Below, piece by piece: positions 1 through 9,218 of a stretch of DNA of 64,000 bases. The notes under the pieces were generated by a model. That model saw only the letters and a list, made by a program, of their open reading frames with translations. It did not search any database and was not told where the DNA came from. The DNA comes from a virus. The position numbers and the translations under genes were made by a program. How positions within the stretch are numbered: position 1 is the stretch's first letter; the number at the start of each line of letters is the position of its first letter. The stretch is from the IMG/VR virus record IMGVR_UViG_3300048583_000366, positions 3,655 to 67,654 of that record. The stretch is one strand, 5' to 3'.

Positions 1-965
1 GCTTTATCTATTTTATCTTTTGTTGTATTAAAGGTCGCTATTATTTGAATAGATAAACAATCACTCAAAATTCCATCTGTCAGGTTCAATATATTTGACA
101 CGCTCTGTCTATTGCTACTTCCAGATTCTCTGTCAAGAACAGCTTTTTCAGCATCTTCTATAACCAGTATAGAGTTAGTGTGCCCTAATAAGAAAGGTAT
201 AAAGTCAGGACTGGATATGTTTTCTGCTAAGTACGGTGGTATAAAGATAATCTCTTTTTCCAGGTGGGTACATAGGTGCCTTATATAAGTAGTTTTTCCG
301 GTACCTGGGAGTCCATGAAGAAGAACCAATCCTTTGCCTCCATCTTCATTTAACTTAGATACTATCTTATCGTGTACTGGTACAAAGGATTCTCCGTAGC
401 TTAAAGCTATATCTAAATCTTTTACAGGCTGGATATTCTGAGGGCTTACGCTTAGTCCATTTCTTCCAGCTATAACCAATGATATTTTTGACTTATTATC
501 TTTTACAAAAACGTAATCCTTTAAAAAAGGTATAACATTATCTAGACAACCCTTACTGGAAAAGTAGAATGTTGCTTCTATAAAGTCAGGTCCAGCACTG
601 TTCTTTTCATCAATTTCCGGATCAAGGAAGGATGGAATATATGAACCGTCTGAGCTTCTCTTAAAATCCAAATTAACAAAAACCCTATCTTTTTTATATA
701 TCATTCTACGGGGACGAACAGATTTTTCTATATAATCAGTACCTATCCAAAATAGTGAGTACCCTACAGATTCTAAAAAATCAGTAAAATTAAGGGTTAA
801 AAAATCCTCTACAGAAAGTATGTTTGGTATTGTATTAAAAGTGTTTATGTAATAATTAGACAAAGGAAAAAATCCTTCATAACATAGGTCAAAATAGTTT
901 CCTTTAGGGGATGTTGAATGTACAGATGTCTTAGTGCTATAAGTAGGAAGATTTGAAACAGTCAT
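1..965 (-). CDS. AAA+ ATPase (3' end runs off window; absent from ORF track)
   Basis: Manual translation from ATG at 965 (MTVSNLP...): Walker A GLVLLHGLPGTGKTT, Walker B LVIEDAE, then SNILNLTDGILSD...IIATFNT; open to window edge. Confidence 0.9.
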   Translation of the reverse strand, partial: MTVSNLPTYSTKTSVHSTSPKGNYFDLCYEGFFPLSNYYINTFNTIPNILSVEDFLTLNFTDFLESVGYSLFWIGTDYIEKSVRPRRMIYKKDRVFVNLDFKRSSDGSYIPSFLDPEIDEKNSAGPDFIEATFYFSSKGCLDNVIPFLKDYVFVKDNKSKISLVIAGRNGLSVSPQNIQPVKDLDIALSYGESFVPVHDKIVSKLNEDGGKGLVLLHGLPGTGKTTYIRHLCTHLEKEIIFIPPYLAENISSPDFIPFLLGHTNSILVIEDAEKAVLDRESGSSNRQSVSNILNLTDGILSDCLSIQIIATFNTTKDKIDK

Positions 966-984
966 TCATTAGTTTTAATAAAGA

Positions 985-992
985 CAAAAATA
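985..992 (-). promoter_or_regulatory. Bacteroidota-type -7 promoter box (TATTTTTG)
   Basis: Matches TAnnTTTG, about 20 nt upstream of the ATPase start. Confidence 0.55.
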
Positions 993-1058
993 TGACTTAT
1001 TATATACTTTACAAACTTTTATTAAACATTTCTGTAAATAAAAGTTCTATTGTATGAA

Positions 1059-1508
1059 CTATTTTTGAACAGCCAGGAGGACTATAGCTGTTACGGCTAC
1101 CCCAACTGCTATCTCTAGAACAGTTCTCTTTCTTTTTTCTTTCTTGAAATCTTTCTGTAGGGATGTGGACAAATCTTTATATTCCTTTATTTCTTTATCC
1201 TTCAAGAATATAGTTCTATTAAAAAGTACCTCATTCTGCTTATACACTTCTATAGACTCTCTCTGCATACCGATTATACTATCCTTCAGAGATACTGTGT
1301 AACTTAGCAAATAAAAATTCTTTTTTAAGTATGCATACTCTTCCAGTAAAGAGTCTCCCCTGATGATGTCTTTTATAACCTCTATGGTAACTCTCTTAGG
1401 TAAAGTGGTGCTGGCAGTATCTTTCTTAGTAGTACTCGCTGTATCGCTTTGTGAAAAAGCTGTCACGCTGACTACGAGTATAATTATCAACACTACGAAT
1501 TTTCTCAT
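1059..1508 (-). CDS. Exported coiled-coil protein with C-terminal TM anchor (spanin-like, putative lysis)
   Basis: Signal peptide ending AFS|Q, coiled coil, C-terminal hydrophobic helix; overlaps upstream TM/coiled-coil gene. Confidence 0.5.
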   Translation of the reverse strand: MRKFVVLIIILVVSVTAFSQSDTASTTKKDTASTTLPKRVTIEVIKDIIRGDSLLEEYAYLKKNFYLLSYTVSLKDSIIGMQRESIEVYKQNEVLFNRTIFLKDKEIKEYKDLSTSLQKDFKKEKRKRTVLEIAVGVAVTAIVLLAVQK

Positions 1509-1812
1509 TGTATACTTTTTGAAGTTTTATAATCTCTTTTTTTGTATCATGCATTATACGATTATTTTCCATAATCATATCAGTAACATTCATTTGGCTT
1601 ACTTCCAGCTGCATAAGTCTACCTGCACTGAACTCCACTATCTGCTTTAGACTGTCCATTTCTGAGTGGAGGATTTTTACATCCTCATTGGTTTCCTTAA
1701 CTCTGGAATTAGTGTCTGAGTTACTTCCTTTGAAAAAAAATACGTACAGCAGAACTGCTATTAAGAGAACTGTTAACCCATTTTCTGCTACCCATTTAAG
1801 TATCTTATTCAT
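1426..1812 (-). CDS. N-terminal TM plus coiled-coil protein (i-spanin/Rz-like)
   Basis: GLTVLLIAVLLYVFFF followed by a heptad-rich region. Confidence 0.5.
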   Translation of the reverse strand: MNKILKWVAENGLTVLLIAVLLYVFFFKGSNSDTNSRVKETNEDVKILHSEMDSLKQIVEFSAGRLMQLEVSQMNVTDMIMENNRIMHDTKKEIIKLQKVYNEKIRSVDNYTRSQRDSFFTKRYSEYY

Positions 1813-2209
1813 TTTTTGGAGGTTTAGATTTCCTTTTTGAAATTTCTGGTTGATCCACTTGCTCTACCGGAGGTCCTTCACCATCCGTAGGACCGCTACT
1901 TCCTGGATATATAGGGCCCATATTCGGATCTTCCATCATATAACTATCTACAAATGCCTTTGGGTTAAATTGAGATAAGGATCCTAGTACATTGTATTTT
2001 AAGACCTTATCAGCGCTCATAAACCTAAATGCTATCCACATAGTCACAGAGCACAAGGATACATAGAATATAGAGAAATTTATATCAAATTGACCCACTA
2101 ACCCTCTTATACCATATGCTACAAACATTACCAGGCATATCAAGCCTATAACTCTTTTTACGGATATCTTATTAGAGTCTGAAATTAGAAGTCTTAGAAA
2201 ATTACGCAT
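1805..2209 (-). CDS. Putative holin-like membrane protein (2 TM)
   Basis: Two hydrophobic segments, hydrophilic C-tail, S-x-KR-x-IG motif; upstream of spanin-like pair. Confidence 0.45.
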   Translation of the reverse strand: MRNFLRLLISDSNKISVKRVIGLICLVMFVAYGIRGLVGQFDINFSIFYVSLCSVTMWIAFRFMSADKVLKYNVLGSLSQFNPKAFVDSYMMEDPNMGPIYPGSSGPTDGEGPPVEQVDQPEISKRKSKPPKNE

Positions 2210-2255
2210 AGTATATATAAATATGCGGATTTTCTTATACGGAATCTATTGAGCC

Positions 2256-2456
2256 TTAAGGGGTGTTTTTCTTTAAAATCCTGTTAGTCAGGGATATTAA
2301 GTACAAAGGTAAGTATTTCCACCAAAGAAGAAACCAGGTAAATGCATCCAGACCGTCAGCATCCAGGTTTTGTTTTCCTGCTATAGACCGGGTTATGCCT
2401 ATAACAGAGGTTACACATCCCAAAATACAATACCACATCATCAAAGTCGTTATCAT
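2256..2456 (-). CDS. Small membrane protein
   Basis: 66 aa with two hydrophobic segments. Confidence 0.55.
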   Translation of the reverse strand: MITTLMMWYCILGCVTSVIGITRSIAGKQNLDADGLDAFTWFLLWWKYLPLYLISLTNRILKKNTP

Positions 2457-2520
2457 AGGTTATTTTTTAAACTTAAAAAAATGGCTTGAGTATTTCATCA
2501 AGCCATTTATAAATACTAAT

Positions 2521-2838
2521 TTACTTAAGAACAGGAACTTTAGCTGTAGGATTCAGAGTAGCTGCCACATTGTCATATACTTCTATGTATAAAACTTTAT
2601 TGACATTACCTTCTTGATTCTGAAGTTGAATTTCACACATACCTTTACTGGTAGTTGTTATAGTAGCCTCATCACCTAACTCGGTCGCAGAAATACTCAA
2701 TACCGGGTCATTGTCTGAAAACCATCTAATACCTCCAGGTGGGTCTATCAACTCTACTTTAAAAGTCTGCCCTAATTTAACATCAAATTTATTGACATTG
2801 TAAGCCTTTACATTATCGAATACTATGTTTGCTTCCAT
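2521..2838 (-). CDS. Ig-like/beta-sandwich small protein (putative virion)
   Basis: Beta-rich; W-x-SD-x-x-x-V-x-x-I pattern reminiscent of Big_2 folds. Confidence 0.5.
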   Translation of the reverse strand: MEANIVFDNVKAYNVNKFDVKLGQTFKVELIDPPGGIRWFSDNDPVLSISATELGDEATITTTSKGMCEIQLQNQEGNVNKVLYIEVYDNVAATLNPTAKVPVLK

Positions 2839-2858
2839 GTTAATTAATTGATATTAGA

Positions 2859-3176
2859 TTATTTCAAAATTGCTTCACCAGCTACGATCCCGAGTGCGCT
2901 TGCAGTTGCAGCAACTACTGCCAGATCAATAACATCAGTGATAGATATTACTCCTTCGCCGAGATCAGCATCAGCAGTAACACTAATTTTGGAGTTTACA
3001 GATGCGGCTCCAGATACTAAAAAAGCGGATAAACCGTCTTCAGCTACTTCCAAGGTAGCATCGCCTTCTGTTACAGACCATGACGGAACACCATCAAGTA
3101 CTGCAGGATTGCCAGCTTGAGTTACAGGGGCCAAAGAAACTTGAACTTTTTGTTCATTTGTGATTGTGATAAGCAT
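2859..3176 (-). CDS. Ig-like small protein (putative virion decoration)
   Basis: Ala/Val/Thr-rich beta protein with PSWSV..DG motifs; ATATTTATA motif upstream. Confidence 0.5.
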   Translation of the reverse strand: MLITITNEQKVQVSLAPVTQAGNPAVLDGVPSWSVTEGDATLEVAEDGLSAFLVSGAASVNSKISVTADADLGEGVISITDVIDLAVVAATASALGIVAGEAILK

Positions 3177-3240
3177 AATTGTCTTTTTTTAATTGTGAGT
3201 CTATAAATATACAAATATTGAGCCTAAAGTTAATCAATAT

Positions 3241-3786
3241 TTACTTACTAGCAATATTAATTTTTAAAGTGTCCTTACTGCCGTCAGGCTTAGAATATAC
3301 AGCATGAGTGGGGTTTAGCTTATAATTTATCCCTTCCAGGGCCTTAGTATACGTGTCACCCTTTCCTGGGGCAATATAGCCTATAGTAAGATGCGGATGA
3401 TAGTCTGGGTAGTCATTAGTATGAGGGTACTTACAAAGGGCTGCATTTGCTTCATGGAGGCTATCCCCGGTAACGTCAAATTTAAGCACATCGTACTTTT
3501 CATTTTTGAACAAAGACGCATTTCCTATAGAGCATTCACCGAAAGTAAACTTCTTAAGCGTCTTTTTAATGTCCTCTGTAGTAACCTCCTCATGTAATCC
3601 GAAAAGGAGAGTAGTGTGTGGCTCATCTTCCAGACCGTAAGTTCTATCTCCCTCTTCCGTATATATATCTTTTTTTGAGATCATACTGTGAATTTTACTT
3701 ATTTCCGGTAAGTTGAAGTATAGCATGACGCATCCGTACTCAAATTTAGACGTAGACTCTTCTAGTAATAGATCAATAAATTTCAT
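3241..3786 (-). CDS. acb1: 2H phosphoesterase, Acb1/T4 gp57B-like (candidate anti-CBASS nuclease)
   Basis: Two HxT motifs (EPHTTLLFGLH, YHPHLTIGY) and N-terminal GCVMLY. Confidence 0.75.
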   Translation of the reverse strand: MKFIDLLLEESTSKFEYGCVMLYFNLPEISKIHSMISKKDIYTEEGDRTYGLEDEPHTTLLFGLHEEVTTEDIKKTLKKFTFGECSIGNASLFKNEKYDVLKFDVTGDSLHEANAALCKYPHTNDYPDYHPHLTIGYIAPGKGDTYTKALEGINYKLNPTHAVYSKPDGSKDTLKINIASK

Positions 3787-3798
3787 GGTGTTAGTTGT

Positions 3799-4005
3799 TT
3801 AAACTGTCTTTGATATGGTACCGTGGAATACACTAAAGTTTATATACTGATCAACAATTTCAAATAGATCATCATCTGTGATAGGCACTCTTCCTTCCTC
3901 CACTTGAAACTCTGCTCTGTCCGTATTGTTCAACCAATGGATATTGTTTTTTAGTAGAACCCTTTTTTTAATATCCATTATAATTCTTTTTTGTTGCTGT
4001 GTCAT
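3799..4005 (-). CDS. hypothetical protein
   Basis: ORF in tightly packed operon. Confidence 0.6.
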   Translation of the reverse strand: MTQQQKRIIMDIKKRVLLKNNIHWLNNTDRAEFQVEEGRVPITDDDLFEIVDQYINFSVFHGTISKTV

Positions 4006-4008
4006 GTA

Positions 4009-4209
4009 CTAGTTATTTGGTGTAGATTTTTTTATTACTTCTTGACAATATGATATTGCATCAATCCCCATATCATACAACATCATTATATCTGCATCTG
4101 AAATTCTATAGTCTATCTTATTTCTTGCTCTTTTTAAATACTCGAATTGAAGTTCTTGTCTTTTTATAAAGTAAAAAAATTCATTATCTGTAAAATTCTT
4201 TATTGGCAT
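4009..4209 (-). CDS. hypothetical protein
   Basis: ORF in tightly packed operon. Confidence 0.6.
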   Translation of the reverse strand: MPIKNFTDNEFFYFIKRQELQFEYLKRARNKIDYRISDADIMMLYDMGIDAISYCQEVIKKSTPNN

Positions 4210-4213
4210 ATTA

Positions 4214-5353
4214 TCAATTATTCAATTTAGCTTTTATGCTGTCATGGGATTGATAATTCTCTACTTCAAAATCACTTATGCTGATAGTTTTTATTATAGA
4301 GTCAAAGTTATCTCCATAAGTACCTGGGCCCATTCCGCATCCATCATTAGTTCCTGGATACCAAAACTCAGAATTAATGTATAACTTAGGTAAATCAAAA
4401 GAAGATCTGTTCATCTGTTCTGTAGCCTGTTCAATATGATTAAGATAAAGATGAGTATCACCTAAATTACCTATAAGCTCTTCAGGAACCATATTAACTA
4501 TTTCTCCTAGTATTTCCAATAGAAGTCCATAAGATGCTATATTAAATGGTAAACCAAGAAATGTATCTACTGATCTTTGATTCCACATTAATGAGATTGC
4601 TCGTTTAGGAGTAGATTCCTTATACACTTCTTCAGTTATATAAAAATTTTCCATCTCTACATTAGTATTTTTCATAACCCATTGAACTTGTTCTTCCCAA
4701 GTCAATTCTCTAGTATAAATTTGAAATCCGTAATGACATGGAGGAAGAACCATTTTATCTATTTCTGCTACATTCCAGGCATTAACCATTAATCTTCTAC
4801 TATCAGGATTTTTCTTTAAATCATTGATTAGGTTTTGGATTTGATCTATTTCCTCTACTTCCACTCCCTGAACAATATGATTATAATCTACTAGAGGGCT
4901 TATTTTTCCTGTCCACCTACGCCAACCTGCCCCATAAATAGGTCCAAGATCTCCCCACTTATCTGCAAAATCAGCATTATTTTTTATTTTATCAACGAAC
5001 ATTGCTTGAGTCATTAAGTCATCCTCAAAATAAGGAGGATTTGAAAATGGTGGGTTTTCTTTTAGCCACTCTTTCTCATAATTTTTATAAGCATCACCAT
5101 CCCAAATATGACAATCATTATCGATAAGATACTTAATATTAGTGTCGCCTCTAAGAAACCAAAGTAACTCGGTTACAATACCTTTAAAGTACATTTTCTT
5201 AGTAGTGATAAGTGGGAATCCATTTTTCATGTTATGGCGAATCTGTCTGCCAAAAATGGATTTAGTTCCTACTCCGGTTCTATCTTTCTTTTCTATTCCG
5301 AAGTGGATAATGTCGTGCAGTAGTTCTGAGTATTCCAGGTCTAGTGAATTCAT
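4214..5353 (-). CDS. thyA: Thymidylate synthase
   Basis: DRTGVGT, ELLWFLRG, DSRRLMVNAWN, catalytic LPPCHY, QRSVDTFLGLPFNIASY, GDTHLY. Confidence 0.97.
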   Translation of the reverse strand: MNSLDLEYSELLHDIIHFGIEKKDRTGVGTKSIFGRQIRHNMKNGFPLITTKKMYFKGIVTELLWFLRGDTNIKYLIDNDCHIWDGDAYKNYEKEWLKENPPFSNPPYFEDDLMTQAMFVDKIKNNADFADKWGDLGPIYGAGWRRWTGKISPLVDYNHIVQGVEVEEIDQIQNLINDLKKNPDSRRLMVNAWNVAEIDKMVLPPCHYGFQIYTRELTWEEQVQWVMKNTNVEMENFYITEEVYKESTPKRAISLMWNQRSVDTFLGLPFNIASYGLLLEILGEIVNMVPEELIGNLGDTHLYLNHIEQATEQMNRSSFDLPKLYINSEFWYPGTNDGCGMGPGTYGDNFDSIIKTISISDFEVENYQSHDSIKAKLNN

Positions 5354-5820
5354 ACTATTTTATTTGTTTCTTTGTAATTATTAAGTTGTGATAATGTCTC
5401 TGCCATTACACTCATGCAGTAATCAAATTCTTTTGAATTTATAAGTAATAATTTATCTAAAAGTTCTAAGGTTGACAGTTTCTCAAAAGCTGAAACAATG
5501 TCTTTAGAAACTTCCTCCCTGGTATACGGTTCCATACCACCATCTATATCATCATTCATTGTGTCATCATTATCATCAATTACTTTAGCTACCGTAATTT
5601 GATAAAATTTTTCTTCATCAAAACCAAGTGTCATAAATTTAAAATTAACTTTTTTATCTTCGTCTTCATCTTTGTACAAGGCCTGATCAGATTCTTGTAT
5701 TAAAGTTGTTTCCCAATGAGTCCCATGAGCAAATGAATGTAGATCACTCCACTTAACAGCCCAACCTTTATCTGTTTTATGTAAAAACCCAGTTCGTAAT
5801 AATTCCTTTTTTGTACTCAT
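5350..5820 (-). CDS. hypothetical protein
   Basis: ORF overlaps thyA start by 4 nt. Confidence 0.65.
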   Translation of the reverse strand: MSTKKELLRTGFLHKTDKGWAVKWSDLHSFAHGTHWETTLIQESDQALYKDEDEDKKVNFKFMTLGFDEEKFYQITVAKVIDDNDDTMNDDIDGGMEPYTREEVSKDIVSAFEKLSTLELLDKLLLINSKEFDYCMSVMAETLSQLNNYKETNKIV

Positions 5821-5832
5821 TGTATGCAGTAT

Positions 5833-6063
5833 TCACAGTCCCTCAAATTTTTCGGGATTTAATTTCATATCTTCTAGTACTTTTGGAAAGTAAGTTTCCA
5901 TCAATTGTTGTTGAGTTATACTCCAACCTGGAGGAGGATAATCTTCCGTATCTTCAAAGTAAGTGTATCTTATCATGCCTCTCATATTAGGCCCTGCATC
6001 TACAACTCTACCATCATCCATCGTAACTTTAAATTCTCCGTTTTCTGTGTGTGTTATGATCAT
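5833..6063 (-). CDS. hypothetical protein
   Basis: Packed ORF. Confidence 0.6.
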   Translation of the reverse strand: MIITHTENGEFKVTMDDGRVVDAGPNMRGMIRYTYFEDTEDYPPPGWSITQQQLMETYFPKVLEDMKLNPEKFEGL

Positions 6064-6419
6064 TTTACTTGATTGATATGTTCCTCCAAGTCATCTATGC
6101 ACTCACCTAAAGTCTCCCAAAAATGAGCAGATAGATTAGATAAAGACCATCCATTTTCATTTGGGGGAGCCGAATAAGTAGATAAAAACTCTCGTATTCC
6201 TTTTAAATTTTCCAGGACTACATTTAATTGGGATACACCATATTGCATAGTTTTAATTTTATCAACATAATAATTATCTGAAGTATATCCGTACTCAATT
6301 CTTTTTTCAATGGCCTCCTCTTTGGTATTAAATGGCCCTAATATAATTCCATTTACCTCACTGCCATGTGCTGGTACTTTTTCAAATACAGCAAACTGTT
6401 CTTTAGCTTCTATAATCAT
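6060..6419 (-). CDS. hypothetical protein
   Basis: Packed ORF, ATGA overlap. Confidence 0.6.
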   Translation of the reverse strand: MIIEAKEQFAVFEKVPAHGSEVNGIILGPFNTKEEAIEKRIEYGYTSDNYYVDKIKTMQYGVSQLNVVLENLKGIREFLSTYSAPPNENGWSLSNLSAHFWETLGECIDDLEEHINQVK

Positions 6420-6429
6420 TTATTTTTTT

Positions 6430-6759
6430 TTAACGGATTTTATCTAATAGACGGTTAAACATGATAATAGCTTCTTCTCTGGCAGAGTCAAACTGATCAC
6501 CCTCACATCTTTCCACGGAATTTACCATGAAGCTAATAGACTCTTCAGGAGACATGTTTATGTTTGTCCACTTACATTCCTCATTCTCATTAAAAAATGA
6601 TATCAAAACATAATCATACTCCTTATAATACAAACAGGCTGTAATGAACCAGTACTTTCCATCTAAAGCAGGATACCTGGAATCTTTAAAGTAAACTATC
6701 TGATGATATAAATTCTTATCTAATGATTGTTGCAAATACTGAAAAGGATCTTCACTCAT
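6430..6759 (-). CDS. hypothetical protein
   Basis: Packed ORF. Confidence 0.6.
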   Translation of the reverse strand: MSEDPFQYLQQSLDKNLYHQIVYFKDSRYPALDGKYWFITACLYYKEYDYVLISFFNENEECKWTNINMSPEESISFMVNSVERCEGDQFDSAREEAIIMFNRLLDKIR

Positions 6760-6980
6760 GCGGATGGTATTTTATAGATGAACTCCTCTATTATTTCATC
6801 AGCTATAATACGTGGAGCCTTTGGTATATTCGTTAAATCAGACACTCTTCTTTCATATGCCTTTCTGCATTCTTCTTCAGTTCCAGTCATTAAAATCATA
6901 AGATCTTCAATATAATACCATATCTCTTTATTGTTGGATAGGGTTCTTCTCTTTAGAGTTAATTTTTTTTCCTTTTGCAT
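6756..6980 (-). CDS. hypothetical protein
   Basis: Packed ORF, ATGA overlap. Confidence 0.6.
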   Translation of the reverse strand: MQKEKKLTLKRRTLSNNKEIWYYIEDLMILMTGTEEECRKAYERRVSDLTNIPKAPRIIADEIIEEFIYKIPSA

Positions 6981-6989
6981 ACACTAATT

Positions 6990-7175
6990 TTAACTTAGAA
7001 AAAAAGAAAAGGCTTCTTTTATAATTGTGAGATTTACTTCATGCAGTATTAACCACTTCAACCAAACCAGGGGAGCGAATAAAAAGTCTATTACTGCCCA
7101 AAATATACTGTTGTGAATTCTATATCCTATAGTTGCTGTAGCAACAGAGAATATTATATAAATTAATCTTTCCAT
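6990..7175 (-). CDS. Small membrane protein
   Basis: Two hydrophobic segments. Confidence 0.6.
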   Translation of the reverse strand: MERLIYIIFSVATATIGYRIHNSIFWAVIDFLFAPLVWLKWLILHEVNLTIIKEAFSFFLS

Positions 7176-7177
7176 AA

Positions 7178-7462
7178 TTATTCTAAATTAGATTGAAATA
7201 CCCACCTAGTTTTGCCATTTTTTACAGGATCTCCTTTCTTAGTTAACATCACCCCTTTATAGGAACATTCAGGAAGACAAGACCCACAAGATTTGTTAAT
7301 CCTGATTTTATCTACTCTAATTGATCCAATATGATCTTCTACAATATCCCCTTCTTTAACTGGATTATTGGACATGGCGTAAGCAGCATAGTGCTTATTT
7401 AATTTTTTTCTGTACTCATCTGCCATTTCTTCAAGACCTTTAGCACACTCTTCTTTATTCAT
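7178..7462 (-). CDS. hypothetical protein
   Basis: NNPVKEGDIVEDH...LTKKG pattern common in small phage proteins. Confidence 0.65.
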   Translation of the reverse strand: MNKEECAKGLEEMADEYRKKLNKHYAAYAMSNNPVKEGDIVEDHIGSIRVDKIRINKSCGSCLPECSYKGVMLTKKGDPVKNGKTRWVFQSNLE

Positions 7463-7722
7463 TGATAATTTTTTATATTATCCCTAGTCCAGGAAACTAT
7501 ATCTTTTGGAGGTGGTTCTACATTTTCCCCTTCTTTTATTACCCTATCCGGTGGGGGAGGAGGTGGAGGTGCTAGTTTCTCTCCTGAGAATCTATTAGGA
7601 GGGAGCCCTGATATAGTAGAAATTATCCCAGCGCCAGAACATACCTTACAAGGACTTACCCAGTGTATAGTGTACCCTTCCCCGGTCCCATTACATATAG
7701 GACATTTTTGCCATGCATCCAT
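7459..7722 (-). CDS. DnaJ-type zinc-finger protein with poly-Pro tract
   Basis: CPICNGTG...CKVCSGAG and PPPPPPP. Confidence 0.65.
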   Translation of the reverse strand: MDAWQKCPICNGTGEGYTIHWVSPCKVCSGAGIISTISGLPPNRFSGEKLAPPPPPPPDRVIKEGENVEPPPKDIVSWTRDNIKNYQ

Positions 7723-7725
7723 GAT

Positions 7726-8136
7726 CTATAGTTTAAAGTCAAGTTCCTGTCCGGTAAGGAAATAATAGAAGTTTTGAAACTCATGGACATAATTGTACGG
7801 TCTGCAAGTAGTATCAGAGATGGTATACATGCCATCAAAAACCTGAATTACTTCCCTACCATTCTCATTCTCCCACCAATCATATTCTCCTATTGAGGCT
7901 GCGTCTGCAGTAGTCTTTTTAAAGCCCATAGTTTCCAGGATATCAGAAGTTATCTCTATTGGGGATACTTGGTCTATTGAAACCACAACTTGGTTATTAT
8001 CAAAAAAAACTTCTCCAGCTCCACCTATACCAAATACTTGCATAGGCATAGTAGCATCGTTGGTAATATTGCTATCTGCAATTGAGCTAGGGGCTATCTT
8101 TACCCAGTTTCCTTTTCTAAGATCTTGTAAAATCAT
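7726..8136 (-). CDS. Phage protein, 'ELRIGN...HQLQN' family (paralog 1)
   Basis: DLRKGNWV...PIEITSDILETMGF...YVHEFQNFYYFLTGQEL. Confidence 0.7.
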   Translation of the reverse strand: MILQDLRKGNWVKIAPSSIADSNITNDATMPMQVFGIGGAGEVFFDNNQVVVSIDQVSPIEITSDILETMGFKKTTADAASIGEYDWWENENGREVIQVFDGMYTISDTTCRPYNYVHEFQNFYYFLTGQELDFKL

Positions 8137-8168
8137 TTGTAGCTATATTTTAAGGTTATTAAGAATTG

Positions 8169-8176
8169 CAAATATA
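8169..8176 (-). promoter_or_regulatory. Bacteroidota-type -7 promoter box (TATATTTG)
   Basis: TAnnTTTG in intergenic gap upstream of 8136. Confidence 0.6.
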
Positions 8177-8210
8177 ATAAATTATATCAATAAAATTTAT
8201 TTTTTAAAAA

Positions 8211-8501
8211 CTATAAAACCACTTCCAGTTGCTCCGACTTAAACCACTCATCCAGGGTGTACACACTACTCTCTATATTATCTATTTCATACTTATCCAA
8301 CCATGGGCCACCCTTAAAAAGTTCCCTTTTCTTATATTCTTCAACCCCACTATATGATTTGTAAATCTCCCACTGAGTATCTTCGAACTTAGTAAGTACA
8401 TCAAATATAAACTTTACTTTACTTTCGTATTCAAAGCAAAAGAATATGTCGCATGAATAAGTACATTCATCTGTGGAGCAGTATTTATAGACTAGTTTCA
8501 C
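8211..8501 (-). CDS. hypothetical protein
   Basis: ORF with GTG start. Confidence 0.6.
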   Translation of the reverse strand: MKLVYKYCSTDECTYSCDIFFCFEYESKVKFIFDVLTKFEDTQWEIYKSYSGVEEYKKRELFKGGPWLDKYEIDNIESSVYTLDEWFKSEQLEVVL

Positions 8502-8508
8502 CTTATTT

Positions 8509-8898
8509 TTATTTTGATATTAATTCAGGATTTTCGTATATATTTCCTATGACTTCCATCTGTTCCCAATTCCATAAATCTTCCCCTTCCCAACCATAAG
8601 CTTCATCATTAACCCAAAAACCTTTATCCATATATACTATATAACTTATTTTATTATACCACTTTACTATATCCCCTTCATAAATCTCCTTACCGTTTTT
8701 ATCCAGTAACCCGGTGAATTGCATGAGGATGATTTTGTCCCAATCGTCTAAAGAAAAAGAAGATAACATTCTTTGGTACTCTCCGAAAACCATTACTTCT
8801 CCTAACATTGAAAATCCTCCCAAGTTAGGAAGTTCGTACCCAAGTAACCACTGTTTATTTAAAGCATCCCAGGCCCTGAACTTTATTACCCTGTTCAT
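8509..8898 (-). CDS. YopX family protein
   Basis: IKFRAWD...LMQFTGLLDKNGKEIYEGDIV...EVIGNIYENPEL. Confidence 0.92.
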   Translation of the reverse strand: MNRVIKFRAWDALNKQWLLGYELPNLGGFSMLGEVMVFGEYQRMLSSFSLDDWDKIILMQFTGLLDKNGKEIYEGDIVKWYNKISYIVYMDKGFWVNDEAYGWEGEDLWNWEQMEVIGNIYENPELISK

Positions 8899-9155
8899 TA
8901 TGTTTTACATGTGTTTTTGTAATACTCATCCAACTCTTCATAAGGCACTCTAATCATTGTATGCTTTTCAAAATCCAAATATAGTAGATATACGCATTCA
9001 TCATCTGCTTTTTCTATTCCGGCAAACCCATATCCCTCACAAATAATTCCTATGAAATATCCTCTAGATAATTTTGAAGCTTCTTCTTCTATTGAGAAGT
9101 CCCAGGGCATTCCTGAGTCATACTTATAGCAATACTCTTTGCTAAAATCTGCCAT
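8898..9155 (-). CDS. hypothetical protein
   Basis: MADFSKEYC...ICEGYG. Confidence 0.6.
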   Translation of the reverse strand: MADFSKEYCYKYDSGMPWDFSIEEEASKLSRGYFIGIICEGYGFAGIEKADDECVYLLYLDFEKHTMIRVPYEELDEYYKNTCKT

Positions 9156-9218
9156 TACTGAAGTTCTTTTAAAGTTATTGAATCTGGGGCTTTTCCATCA
9201 AGCCACCTATCATTATAT

